64,000 bases of DNA, taken from Chlorokybus atmophyticus (taxonomy: Eukaryota; Plantae; Mesostigma and Chlorokybus algae). The stretch lies in contig RHPI01002069.1 of the NCBI GenBank assembly GCA_009103225.1, positions 893,378-957,377 on the forward strand, written 5' to 3'. The position numbers and the translations under genes are program-made. Positions 27,501 through 41,170 of this stretch are shown here, piece by piece. Numbering within the stretch: the stretch's first letter is position 1; the number at the start of each line of letters is the position of its first letter. The notes beneath the pieces were generated by a model. That model was given only the letters and a program-made list of their open reading frames with translations, was not told the origin of the DNA and did no database searches.

Positions 27501-27993
27501 ATACACTGCACTGTACATGACACTGCACACAAGTTGCCACTCATTATAAGGCATGCCAATGGCTAACTTGTATAGCAAGCTACCATGTCCTGCGGCATGA
27601 TAGGTAGGATATATACCTGCATGCATACAACTGTACATGTACATACAATGTGGCGTGCATGTATTTTACATGCAAGGAGTATGATTAGCACACGGCATGT
27701 CGGCCGACATCATCATTAGCATGTTTACTACCGGGCTCATTTACTCTACTTCAACTACCTTTACCACCACCACCCCGGTAGTCATGCAAAGCATAGCGTA
27801 TAGCACATGGGCCCACAAGCAACGCAACGCAAGCATGCATACCTTTCGCATCACCTGCACCACACACGAGTAGCAGCGTCAGCAAGGGCAGTCACGGGCT
27901 GTAGCGGAGGAGCAGCAGCAGCATGCAGCGTGTGAAATTGTCCCTCCTCCTTTCACCCCCTCCTCCCTTGTCTCCGTCCCTCCCCTCGCCTCT

Positions 27994-28519
27994 TGTAACA
28001 GCACCACCGTCGCCGGTGATGCCCCTTCAATCCTCTACCCCAACACCCACACCGCCTATGACAAGCCTTTCAACGGCGTGGCCGCCACTGAGCAGAGAAC
28101 TGAAAGTCCCCACATCAGATTGATGTGACCTTTTATATCAAGAGTATATCAACCATATACCTCTCGATAATTAACTCACAACTAGACATCGACCCTACAG
28201 ATAGGGTAGTTAGGAAATCTAGCGTGAGCCAATCACAGCTCAGATAAGGTACATATCGATAAGGTACCTATCCAAAGATACCTATCGTAAGGTACCTAAC
28301 GAGATAGTGATCACATTATATCAAATGTGACACTAAATAGGCTTGAATAAGCGGTTCTACACCCATTGGGACTTATTTAAGCTATGATAAAGCATCATAG
28401 CCTTTAATAAGCGAGGAACCGTAGAAAAGAGGTATAAATAAGCATATTTAAATACTTATTCATACAAAATGTGTTATTCAGGTAGCAATAATACCCCTAT
28501 TATTATTGCTCCCGTTACA
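27994..28519 (-). mobile_element. solo LTR of the gypsy family at 1-2723
   Basis: Reverse complement of 2197-2723 (~19 differences by manual count, about 96% identical); 5-bp TSD CCTCT at 27989-27993 and 28520-28524; no PBS, PPT or internal region adjacent. Confidence 0.96.
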
Positions 28520-29957
28520 CCTCTTGTGTGAGGTCAGCATGTACATACAATGCGAAACGGCAATGCACATGCATACTGGCATGCACAGCCAGCAGCATGC
28601 AAAGTGACATAGCGCATACCAAAAACACCATTGTTAGGTTGACCACCGGGTTCATTCACTACCTCATACGCTGCACTATCCCTACCATCCCGTTAGCCAT
28701 GTAATCATGCACATGCATATGCGTTCACCTGCACAACGGCCGTCGGTTAGCGGCCCAGTCTTAGCCGAGGCAGCAGCAGCAGACCCAAGGGACTCCCCCT
28801 CCGCTTCCGCCCACATCACCACCTCCACCCACAACTGCGTCATACACCCTGCTGTGGCTGCGTCGTTAGGTTTTGCGCCTATTGGCGCGCAGCATGCATA
28901 CGCACAGCACGTCGCACTCCCTTTTCGCAGTGCTGTGTACTCCACCGTGATGTGGTAGGTGGGATATGTAGTTCATTCGACTGTTTACCATGTTTGATGA
29001 CGCAATAACTATAGCGCGTAATTAATTAGCGTTACATGGTAGAGTGGATTGATTTGAACGAGGGTGAGTAGTGGCGGCATGTCTTTGGATATGGGGCCTG
29101 CCCCGACCTCATACCGCCAAAAATGCGGCAATTTTAACCACTAACTGTGCTGCAATTGCACCGAATCCCTAGGTCGCCGTTGGTCAGCAGTTGCCGCTGT
29201 ACCGTGGCGTAAACGTTACGTTGAATAGTTAGTTTTGAAACACTTAACTGCAGGTTGCTAACCATACTGCACCATATTGCAGCATATGTATTCATATTGC
29301 AACACATCAGAGATATTGTTTTGCCACCTTGGATAAGTGTGTTACATCTCAAATCATATGGGCCATATGCAACAATATGCCGGCATGTGCATCGTGCACG
29401 TTGTGCTCATTATTGATATTTATTCGCATATGTTTTGAGCAGTTGCATGAAGTGGGGATGTGCTTTGGACGGTCGAGATCTATATTTTACAGATCAAACG
29501 GCTGATAGTTGATAAACGCCGCCTAGCCAATGAGCGGCATGCGGGCCGCGCAGCCCAGCAGTCGCGGGTGCCGCATGTGATGCCCTCGAGGTGAGGTTTG
29601 CGTGTGCCCCACCGGCCGCCCCGCCCAATCAGCCGCCCCGCTCGTTGGACATGCATAGTAAGTGATAAGCGCCTTGGTGTTGCGCGTTTGGTGCTAGTCG
29701 GGGCACCAAACATTCACTTCAAAAATGACTGCAATGCATGCTCGATGCCCAACTAGGATGGCCACATAGCCCGGTGGTGACTATAAACCCTTGTTGTTGT
29801 AGTGTGTGTTCGGGAGTCATGCATATGTTATGTTTGTTGCAAACACGTTGCATTCTTTGCACACTCCATTCTTATTGATATTGTTAGTGTTGCACAACTT
29901 TCCATGTGGTCAACTGTCCAAAACACAAAGCAGGAATACATGTCTGGTGCTGCATCG

Positions 29958-32296
29958 CTACGTGTTCTCTGACATTCGCTTGAGCACGACTTCTAGCACA
30001 GCAGAAAAGTCTGCATCGCTGAATCCAGCAGCGCGTGCCTGGACACCAAACAATGCGGTTAGACGACAGCAAGGCATCAGCAGTGTGACTGGCCAAACGG
30101 GCATGTGAAACACAATCAAACAGGAAGCATGCGCGGCAGGACTGCTGACGGCTCCATAGCCACATGGCACGTACCTGCTTGTAGAGTTCATTAGCTGCAG
30201 CAGCCACAGGCAATGGCTGAGCTACTTCATCTCCAAGTGCGATTGCTAGTCGCAGATCCTACAGTTGCAACAGTGTTCAAGTAGCTCAGAGCGTAGTAAT
30301 GCGGGTTGCTGACATGCTATAACTGTAGCAGGCCGCATTGCATGTAACTGAATGCACTGCTTTGTGCAATGCATCCGTCGGGTTCAACAAGATGTTCTCA
30401 TTCAAGGTTGCACTTGCATGCGAGCCGCACAGCAGCCCACATGGCTCCCACCCGCATGCCCCCAATGCTACGGTGGTAGCCTAGCTGCTGCAGTGCTGTG
30501 TCTGCTGATCAGGTGGAAGGAAAGTTCATACCTTCTGCTGATGTTTCAAAGGAAAGGCCGTGGGGTACTGCCTTGACAACATGGCAGGACCCTTGAGGTC
30601 AAACATGGGTGACCTGATGGCAGTGCCGCTGGCAATGACCTGCCCACACGTGCAACGTGAAACGCAAGACATGAAGACAGGCTTGAGCTATGTCAATCGT
30701 AACCAACAACAACTAAGCTCTGCAGAATGCTGATGACAACACAATGTGCTACCTCTAGAATAGCCTTCTGGTCTAAGCCAACAGCTTCACCCAAAGCCAA
30801 GCCTTCTGCAAAGGCTGCCATCATGCTGCCATGTATACAGCGTCAACGACGCACTGAGCCAATGCTAACACGTGCCATGCTCCCTGGATTGCAAGAACTA
30901 GTTACACGTTGTACATTATGGATTGCGTGTTACCTGCCCATGATCATGTTGAGAACAAGCTTCATCTGAGCCCCGGCACCTACGTCCCCCAAGTAGAAGC
31001 AAGCCTGTAAAGCATTCCAGTTTGCGCCAAGTTGTGTACCACACGAAAATGCTGACAAATTGTCGCGTTTGCTTGTTCAACTGTCAAGCGTTCAGAGGGA
31101 CAGCGCACTCTACCTTGCCCATCACATCAAAACAGCGTAAGCAGTCTTGGTGCAAAGACTGATCGCCTGCTGTGAGAAATATCAATGCACCATCCTCCGC
31201 AGGCTTCTTTGAGCCGGACACAGGAGCCTCCAGATACCTTGCAGAGTTGGGCAGCAAGAAAGTAAGTCGGAGTCATGGTACACTTAACAAGCGCTCTAGT
31301 GAGTGCTGCGTCGTCATCATCACAGCTGGCTGCTAAGCTCTTATGCAATGGTAGCGCACCTGCCGCCAGCAGCAGCAACCGTTGCGGCAATAGCCTTGGC
31401 TGTTGCCACGTCCACCGTTGAAGCATCCACGTAACCCCTTCCATCTGCAAGCCCTGCTACTGCACCATCCTGCTTGCTTATGTAACCACACGCCTGCATC
31501 GCTGCTCGCTCAACTTACATACCACACAGACTTACTTTTGCGGTCGCTACTGCGAGTGCTGCTGCAGGATCTGCCAGCATTGCAAATGTGATATCGCACG
31601 AGCTAGTGATCTCCTTCGGGGTTCCAGCAACCTGGTCAACGGTACAACAGTCAGCATGGAAGACCACATACAAGCAATGCTTTGCATACGTACCTGTGCG
31701 CCGGCTTTGTGAAGGTCTTCGCAGTTGGCAGCGTTGCGGCTCCACACAGCAACGTCATACCCATCCTTAAGCAAGTTCTTTGCCATCCTCGTTCCCATGA
31801 TCCCCATGCCCAGAAAACCCAGCTTCACATCTATGCCATTGAGAAAGGGTCATGCAAAATCACACATGGGCAGCTGTGAAAGGTCGATAGCCTGCAAACG
31901 ACATGCATTACAACAGAACAGTCTACTGGAAAGGTTGAGCCTTGCGAGCAACACTGCATGCAGCATTGCATGCAGTCCTGCTCAGTTTCCCGCAGTGCGA
32001 CAGTCAGATTGGCAATCTGAGAACGACTCATGCAGAGACTAAGGTCAAGACGCTGTTGCATTGCAAAGCTGCAGCTTCAAGCATGGCTTACCGCCCGGTT
32101 CCTTTGTTGCTGCGGCCATGACGGTCTGCCTGCCCGACTTGGCCCCAGCAGCGGCAGCAGCATGCCGGCGACCTCGCAACGCCGCGGTTCTCCTGCTCAG
32201 CGAAGCAGCCAGACACACATCTACCCTCCTCCAGCTGGACCCGGCACCGCACGCCGGCCACATCCGCCGCAACGCCACTGCCGCCGCCGCCTCCAT
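29958..32296 (-). CDS. GLYR2: glyoxylate/succinic semialdehyde reductase with a predicted plastid transit peptide (multi-exon)
   Basis: KLGFLGMGIMG Rossmann motif, CDITFAMLADPAAA, YLEAPVSGSKKPAEDGALIFLTAGD, GAGAQMKLVLNMIMG (catalytic Lys), MPVAAAANELYK, DADFSAV; N-terminal MEAAAAVALRRMW... extension. Confidence 0.9.
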
Positions 32297-32496
32297 CGCA
32301 GCTGATGGCACACACAATGCGATGTGCAAGCGCCAGGTCGTTGCAAGCAAGGGACATGCTGGAGGATGTGAGGCGGGCGGCGGCGTCGAAGGAGCGGGGC
32401 GGGGACGGGGGTGGAATGTTCGAGATCCTGGTTGTCTGGGGGAGCGTGTAGGGCAGAACAATTTGTGGCTAGCTGGCGCTCTCACAGACGGATAGA

Positions 32497-35400
32497 ATGG
32501 GGCAGCGGACGCAGGTGATGAGGCTGCTGGTCGGCTTGTGCTGCCTGGTGGTGGCTGTGGTGGTCGGCCGGCCGCTGTACTACCTCATGCTCGACAGGCT
32601 GGGATCCGTGCGCTACACGCTGCCAATCTGGCAGCAACCGCTTCCAGGTGCGCTTGATTGCGCCCCATTGACAGTGACAGACCGTCAGCAGGGCCTGCAT
32701 TTCCAGAGACTGGGACGTGGCCTAGCCGTCTTCTGATTGCCTTGCGCTTGCACGAATTGAACAAGTACTGCTGATTAGGCTAGAAGCATGCGCAAATGCT
32801 GATGCACGCAAGCGCAAAATTGGGCATGGTTGACGATTGGTCGTTGTCGCTGAGTAGCAGCACTTGAGCGAACAGCAGATTTCTGACAGGAGCATGCTCG
32901 TGAGTGTTCCTGACGATCGCATATAGCTTCTTGCGTTGACTGTAGTAATGGCACCAGAGGCTGACTGCTAGTACAGATGGAGCAACATATCACTCATCAC
33001 CCTTACGACAATTGATTGTTATTGTTAACAAGTTCACACACTCAATAGCAATTGAACCGCTCGCGTCATGCCGTGTACTGCTGCGCAGTTGCAGTCGTAC
33101 AACCTGCTGCTGCTAATGGCACAGCAGCTGCGCCGAGCCCCGCCACAAAGCCAACGCCACAGCCAAAGATGAAAATTATTGTGCCTGGGTCAGAAGCAGT
33201 GCAGTTGGCGGTGGGCAAGAGCAAGGTTGAAGATGCCGAAGACCTGTTTGCCAAGGGCTACGTTCTCCCGCGTCCCAAGAACACTCCTCTTCCTCCCATG
33301 CAGGAGTTCTCGCTCTCGCGGGAGCTCATTGCAAAGCATGCAAATGAGCGTAAAGACATCCTCGTCACATTTGCCAACCTTGCTTACAAGGACTTTGTTC
33401 TTAATTGGGTTTCCCAACTGAAGCAGCTACATGTCCACAACTTTATTGTAGGTCAGTGTTTTGCCTATACTGCTTTCGGCTTGCTGAGCAAGTGGTCCCT
33501 GTTGCAATCGCTGGCAAGCACTTGTGAATACGTTCAACCTCGAGCAGGTGCGCTCCATGATGAGTTGCTCGAGGACCTGTATAAACTGGACATTCCATGT
33601 TTTGCGATGCATAGCAAGCTGTCCACCCAGGACTTTGGTTGGGGAACCCTGGAGTTTCACAAGTCCCAGCGACAGAAGGCAAGTGTCTTGCGTTGTAAGA
33701 CCTTGGTGATGTATGCAAGCGGCCTGTTGTGCGCGTGCAAGGCAGGTTGCTGTTGGTCATGCTTGCTACCCGGGTTGGGTTCAACACCTTGCGCATGTAA
33801 GCAGGGGTTGTCTAGCGCTTATTTACAGTCCACCTATCTGCTTGCAGGTCGATCTCGTGCGTGCATTTGTGGAAATGGGCTTCAACATATTTTTCTCAGA
33901 TGTTGATGTGGTGTGGTACCAAGACCCTCTGCAGTATGTCACTCGATATCCAACAGCAGATGTGCTCATATCAAGTGACCACCTTTCATCAACCTCCAAG
34001 AATGGTTCACTTGAGGAATATCAGGCAGGTATGGGTTGTGCGTGTTGTCAGACACCAGTTAGTTGAGATAGGCCCACTGTTACTGACTGCTAACATGCAG
34101 CTTATGCGGCTGCAGCCTACTCAACCATGAACGTCGGCATCATGTATGTGCGCGCCGTGGATCCCTGCAAGAATTTACTGAAGCAATGGAGTCAAACTGT
34201 AAACACAGACCCCAACTACTGGGACCAGGCCGCGTTCAATGACATCATCAAGCAAGGCATGGCACCGTTGCCAGCAACAGAGCAAGGCACAGAGCAAAAT
34301 GTGTTCATGGCGTACAAGCAGCAGTTAAAGATGGGGATCCTTCCTGTCGGCACGTTCTGCAATGGCCATACATACTTTGTACAGGTACGTATATGCTACA
34401 TGGATGAGACTGTATCAGTGGCGTTGATTGACGTGTTGATTGGTCAGTTGATGGTTGCACTGATGTGTGTCACAGGGCATGCCTGGCAAGCTGGGCTTGC
34501 AACCATATGCTGCACATGCTACATTTCAGGTATGTGGCAACAAGCTCAACCACGTTACCGACAGTAATTGCTAAGTTTTAACCTCTTAAGCGAAGGTAAG
34601 CAACTGATCAACAGCATGCGCTTCCAGTTTGGTGGCACTGAGGGCAAGCGGCATCGCATCAGGGAGGACAAACATTGGATAGATGACCAGGCATACCACA
34701 ACCCTACAGGTATGTTGTCAGCGTGTTTAGCGATAACCTACAACTACCATTACTACATCATTGCGCGCAAATGTTCGGACTCACTGTACGGTGTTCATCA
34801 GGTGGGCTGTTGGTATACAACCCAGATATACCCGGTGAACTCTTGCATGAAGGCCCCCACACATTTGAGACACATTTCAAACTAGTGAATTACCAGGTAA
34901 GTCAAGGGTTTACAGTGAACGACCAGTACAGCACCATTCAGTCGTTGCCATCTTTGCAAACCTGACATCGACATCGTCTCTCTCTTACTTTGGTTGTTGG
35001 TTATGCGAACTGCTTGCAGTTGACGCAGATACGAACGGCTTTTGCCTTCGCCACAGCGTTGGGGCGCACGATGGTAAGCATTCAGCCACTGGCGCGGACG
35101 CTCATGTTTCCTTCCTGGTTGTTGCTCAGCCATTGGGCAGTAAGCAAGCTTACGCACAGCTCCTCAGGTTATGCCCGAGCTATGGTGTAGAGTTGATCGT
35201 TACTGGGCACCACATGATGGAATGATTCCTGGGTCAAGAATTGATCAGCCATTCCGTTGTCCATTGGACCATGTGTTTGAAATCCCCAATTTGCTAAGGC
35301 CATTGCCAGAAAGCGAGTACGGCCCTAACATCCCCTTTAGGGAGTATTCGTTCTTCTCAAACCCTCGCACGCCTCTGAAGGTACCGGGCTTGCCGACTTC

Positions 35401-36099
35401 AGTGTGACTGCCTGCATGCCAGCTGCACAAATGGTTTCTTGGGGTTGCTGACACTGCTTGCTATCGCTGTGCTGAGTAAGTGGTCCTTTCTGATGCAGGT
35501 CAAGTCGTCCCGTGTGGAGGTGCTGGTGTGTGATGATGATTCCGACTGTAAGCAGTTGGCAGCTGCTGCCAAAGGTGCTGGCCGCGCACAAGCCAGGGTG
35601 GTACCTCATAACATGACAGATGTTCAGGTGCACAACATAGACGCTTACTCGTCGCAAGAGCTTTTTGCTTGCTTGCAAATGCAGACAACGCACGCACCAT
35701 GCGTCATCTCTGGGCGTTTGCTGCAGGCTAAGGAAGCGTTCGGACACTTGACGGACATCGCAGTTTTGCAGTTCATGTCCATGAAGCCTTCCCATTTTGC
35801 TGGTTTCGTTGACCAGGTAACTCGGACATGCAGCACTGTGTTATTACGCACAAGCTATGCATGCACGTGCTGTGCATCATGGCCGCCAACAGAGCATGGA
35901 TGCTGACCAAGGTGGTTCTGAGCAGGATGCAGCCAGCAAATTCAGGAGGCGAATGAAAGAGTACACGTCAATTTGGTGTTGCGTTCAGCCCAAGCCCAAT
36001 CTGCCAGGCCACATTTGGTACGACATATACCATGATCAGAAGCCAGGCTGGAAACCGCTCCCGCCACAAGATAGAAACTCTGACAGGCGACCGGATTGA
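32497..36099 (+). CDS. XEG113: GT77 nucleotide-diphospho-sugar transferase, extensin arabinosyltransferase XEG113-like (type II membrane protein, multi-exon)
   Basis: N-terminal TM helix; VTFANLAYKDFVLNWV; DFGWGT; FSDVDVVW (DxD); FQFGGTEGKRHRIRE; MPELWCRVDRYW; FRCPLDHVFE; FREYSFF; YTSIWCC; PGHIWYD. Confidence 0.88.
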
Positions 36100-37666
36100 C
36101 TGGCACAGTGACTTGTGCGTAGTAAAGTGTTCATGTACTATATCATTATTCGTAGAGTACAAGGGTGCAGATAGCACGTATTTGACCTTAATGCCAACTG
36201 CTGATAATGAGTCAGCATGTTCGCCACCAGGTCCTGGTCCGTTGTGCTGTGTTGTGCTTAGAGCATCATGCCATTGTCTGCAGTATAAGGCATATCATAT
36301 GTCAAACAGCAAAACCCTATGCATGTTTTTCCTGACAGCCTAACTCCAACGTGCTGCCCACCCCAACACACTCAATCACATGAGGTGATCAACTCCTGCT
36401 CCTGATTGCCTACTTGTGCTGTTGATATTGCTATTGCACTTGCAGTTGGTCTACCCTGTTAATGTGAGCTGATCAGTTTCGCGCATATGTGGATACCACT
36501 GGATACCGTACACTACATGCACTGCAAGGCGTATAGGCTGACCATCTATCGCTGATACAATTGCACACCACAAGCATGCACAGTCGCACAGCAGCGCAAG
36601 GACAGGCAGCACAGCAGAGGCAAGCGCAATGGGTTGACCACGGTAGGGGCAGCTAGACTAGATGCATGCACCTACCTCAGTGCATGCAAGGCGGAGGGCA
36701 AGGGAACAGGCAAGAGCAAGTGGCGGACCTGACGCAAAGCAGGCGCTGGGTCAGTCCTTGGCCGCAACCTCCACAGCAGCAACAGCAAGGAGAGAGGCAG
36801 GGCGGTGAGGGCGGGATGCTGTGCTGCGTGCTGCGCACATGGCCAGCTGCTGCGCCGCCAGCTGCTTGTAAGGGCTTTAGGGCAAACATATGTGTGTGTG
36901 CATGGTGCAAACGTTAAACACTCGCATGTGACTCAGCACTTGCGCAAGAAATCTACCAAGTAGTTAACAATATCTGCAAATTTAACAACTCTAGCGTTAA
37001 GGGGGTAAGCAGAGACTAGCTATTTGCAATGCACTCAGGAGCAGGCAGGCAGGCGTGGGTGAGGCGAAATGACAGCCCTTGTCCCTGACAGCCCTGTGCC
37101 ATTGCGACACTGGTGTCTGTACATTTACCACTGGATCTGCACGTGCGCGGTCCACGCTGCATTTACACAGCTGGAAGTGTTGGTGTACACCAAATGGGGC
37201 CAATTGTTCGCACGCTTCTCCCATCAGTAGTGGTGGTTGTTGAGCTATGAGTACGTTGTGAACACTACATAGACATTCTAGGCTGCCTGTGTTTGCACTT
37301 GGTTTGCTGCGGTGCTGTGTGTTGCTTCAGTCAAATAATGAGCCTTTGTACAAAAATACACAACATAAGGTGTAGTAGTGTTCGTGTCAGCCCATGTCGT
37401 CGACGACAGCACAGACAGCAATTGAACACGCACGCACCACAGCAGCTGTGTAGGTGACTACCACTGCCGTTGATGCATGCAAGCATGACTGACACGGGGC
37501 GGTAGGAGTAGGGGTGGAGTAGAGGGTAGAGTTAGCCCGGTGGTCGTGTACGGCGGCATTGAGGTGCGTGTGGTTTGCTGTATGTCGTGCACGGCGTTGT
37601 AATGCATGCTGTTAACAGCCTTGCGGTTATCCTGTACGCCCTCGCACACACACGCGCGCACACATA

Positions 37667-37704
37667 CGCACGGACACGGACACGGACACGGACACGGACA
37701 CGCA
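37667..37704. repeat. (ACACGG)n hexamer microsatellite
   Basis: Direct reading. Confidence 0.85.
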
Positions 37705-38544
37705 CACGCAGGCACACGCTTGGGTTAGTCCAATGCTTAAGCATTCAGTGCAAGCGAGCGAGTAGGGTGCTGTGCTGGTAACAGTGCTGACAGTGCTGCT
37801 ACCATCGCAGATTGTGAGCGATGGTGGAAGCAGTGCACCGGGGGACGGCAGTGGCCGGAGGAGAGGGAGGATAAAGGAGCGGAGGAAGGGAGGAGAATTG
37901 GTCGGCTGTCCAATGCTGCCACGGTTGTGCTGTAAACATTGAGGAAAAAGACGTACCGTGTGCAGGTCATTCAACAGGATTATGGGCAGTGAGAAAGTAG
38001 GTAGATAGCTGTATACATAGCCCGGTGGTGGGGCTGTAAACATTGGTCCTGTACAAAACGTGTATGCTGTCGTGTGATGTGACTGCTAGTCATGCATGTT
38101 TCAGGCTTGTGACAATCATGCCATTGCAATTTTTGTACACAAAGCACTGCGTTGGCACTACCTTGTAATTTACACATTTACACATATACATTACAGTCCC
38201 GGTAGGTGCAGTCATTGGAATGCTGAATAGCTTTAATGGCACTGCTGTAGTGGTGTTGTTGATGAAAAGACCCCTCGTTTGTGGTCGACTCCCTTGCGTT
38301 AGCAACGAGTGAAGAGGTGTCATGGTTCAGGGTATAACAAGCCCTCACCCGCTATCGCAGCAGCACGCTCCCAAGCAGAGCATAGATGCGGGAAAGCAGC
38401 ATGCAAGTCGTTGGGCCAAATCTGATTTCCCAAATCCAATTTCCCACCAAGAATCCGTCACTAATATCCCCTCACACAACCGGTTTACACCAGCCACTAT
38501 ACACACACACATTCAACAGCGTTCAGCGAGCATAGTTCAGACAC

Positions 38545-41170
38545 TCAGCTTGCATACAACATCTTGTGTGCAATTGGCCTGTCGACAAGCTCCAACACTT
38601 CGTTGTAAACATCCAACGTCAGGAAATCGTCGAGGCGGGGGCTTGTGCACTGCTTGTAAAACATGTCAGCTGCTTTCTTGTACGGCATGCTCGTAAAGCG
38701 CTTGGCGCCAACCTCACGCTCAATGGTCTGCATCTCCTCCGCAAAGATGCGGCCCAACAACTGTGTGGTTACCTGCCAGCGCATGCACGTCAGGTGCAAA
38801 CCGACCACAACCAGCTAAAGTATTAAATCAGCTCATTTAAAAAGCAGAAACTCTGCAGCGTCTTCTAAATCAAGCACGCGTACCTTGTGTTCTCCGTCAA
38901 GCATGGCACCATACCGCAGCCATTGCCATATCTGAACACGGCTGATTTCGGCGGTTGCAGCATCCTCCATGAGGTTGTAAAGTGGCACTGATCCAGTGCC
39001 AGTCAACCACGCTGCAATATACTGAATGCCGACACGCACGTTCGACCGCAGGCCGTCCATAGTTCGAGTACCCTGTGGCATCTCCAAAAGGTCCTTTTCT
39101 GTCGCCTGCAGGATGTTCATGTTAAGCAAATGAGATAAGCAGTGATGAGCAGCTAACGAGAGAATCTTTTATACCTTGACATCTTCACGCTTCACTTGCA
39201 GCTGGTTTGGGCCACGCATATGCTGGTTGAACACCTCCGTGACCATTGGAACCAACCCTGGATGAGCTGCCCATGTGCCGTCATGTCCCGCCTTGACTTC
39301 GCGCAGTTTGTCGGCACGCACCTGAGAACATTGCAAATGCCACATTGATTATGCTATGATTGTTTGCAGTTTGACAAGTGCAAATTAATTTGCCCATGTG
39401 AGAACTGGATGCGCCACAGCAGTTAGAACACCTTGGCAGCTGCAGCCTCATTGGCAGCCGAATCATCCTTGATGGGAATCTGCGCAGCCATCCCTCCCAT
39501 AGCATGGACTCCACGCCGATGACATGTCTGGATGAGAAGCTCAGTGTAGCTCTTGAGGAAATGCTGTGTCATGCCAACCTGTCCTCGGTCTGGCAGCACA
39601 CGGTCTGCATGACCCTTAAATGTTTTTATAAAACTGAAGATGTAATCCCATCGTCCACAATTCAGGCCAGCTGAATGCTCGCGCAGCTCGTACAAGAATT
39701 CATGCATCTGCGGACACAGCAAAGCACATGGACACCTGAGGTACAGCAACAAAACGTGCCAATCCAAGCACTCAGCGCTATAGAACAGCATGACCCCGAA
39801 CGCATGGATGCCAGCGTACCTGGAACACAGCTGGCAGAGTTTCTATGAGACAAGTTGCCTTGATGCTGCCCCTGGGAACTCCAAGCCTGTCTTGAGCATA
39901 GTTGAACACGGCATTCCACAGCGCAGCCTCACGATGGTGTTGCATTTTGGGAAGATAGAAAAAGGGACCAGCTCCACCATGTTGAGATCGAAATGCTGCC
40001 TGATTGTGGAAGAAGTACAGCCCGAAATCCACCAAGCAACCAACAGCAGGGGCTGCATCAACTTCAAAGTGGTCCTCTGGCAGATGCCAACCACGGGGTC
40101 GCACAAAGAGGACTGCGGTCTTTTGGTTTAGGGTGTATGTCTGCAGGTCGTAACATGTACAAGTGGTTGAGTAAGCTCTCTTACGACTGATGGGGGTCTG
40201 TTGTATCATGCAATCCTGTATGCATATGCAACATGACTTCTCATGCAGACAATGTACCTTGCCCCGAGCCTTGTCCTCCAAGCTGATGGTGCGATTAATA
40301 GCATCGCGAAGGTTGATCTGCCCCTCAATTACATTTGCCCAGGTAGGACAAAGGGAGTCCTCAAAGTCGGCCTTTTTGAAACACTACGGTAAGAATTCAC
40401 CCAAGTACCGACAGGAGATTTGCAGCAACAACATGATTTCCTACCCACCATGAACACTTTCGCGCCGCTGTTCAGTGCATTGATGACCATTTTGCGATCT
40501 ACCGGGCCCGTAATCTCAACTCTACGATCTGCAATGACGTCTGGTGTCGGAGAACAGCTCCATGCTTCTTCACGAATGGGTCGTGTGTTGGGGTCAAAAC
40601 CCGGGAGCCGACCAGCATCATACCGAAGCTGCAACTCGCATGAGCACCGTCAAAAGCAGGACAGAAACACAGCACCAACCAACCGCATGTGCAAATCGGT
40701 GTACGTTGTGCGACTAGGTGCCAAGCATGATCCCAACCAAACCACACTGTCAGGCAGCATTCTCAAGCGCATGGCTGCAGCAACGTGAGCTTTGCCTGTA
40801 TAATTAGCAGCAGCACCACAGAGCCATGAGAGCCCGGCATGCTCAACAGCAAGCACGTGGTGAACAGATCATGTACTATACTGCAAGCTAAAATCACCAT
40901 GCTGCATGACCAAGACGATTATTGGATTGTCGACAGCTTGCCAGCAATCACTGCGTAACGCTTGCATTCACAGAGCAGTACAACGCAGCAACTCACCTGA
41001 GCTTCCTGTCTCCTCTCCAAGGCAGCCTGCACTCGGGGACGGAAGGTTCGGACGAGCTCAGTGACAAAAGAGATGGCCTCGCTGGTAAGTATGGTGTCGT
41101 AACCCGGACGCATGGGGCCCCTGATCCTCACTCCCAGCGGGGGAGGAGGCGCATTGGTAGGAATCGCCAT
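38545..41170 (-). CDS. MAS1: malate synthase A (glyoxylate cycle, multi-exon)
   Basis: [10 protein letters not shown]; [23 protein letters not shown]; [10 protein letters not shown]; [11 protein letters not shown]; GPFFYLPKM; [14 protein letters not shown]; [15 protein letters not shown]; [11 protein letters not shown]; [20 protein letters not shown]; DFLTLDVY. Confidence 0.97.

Noticed and set aside
29767-29830. tRNA gene suggested by the A-box-like TAGCCCGGTGG
   Set aside because: No cloverleaf and no convincing GTTCRANNC B box at this or the other copies.
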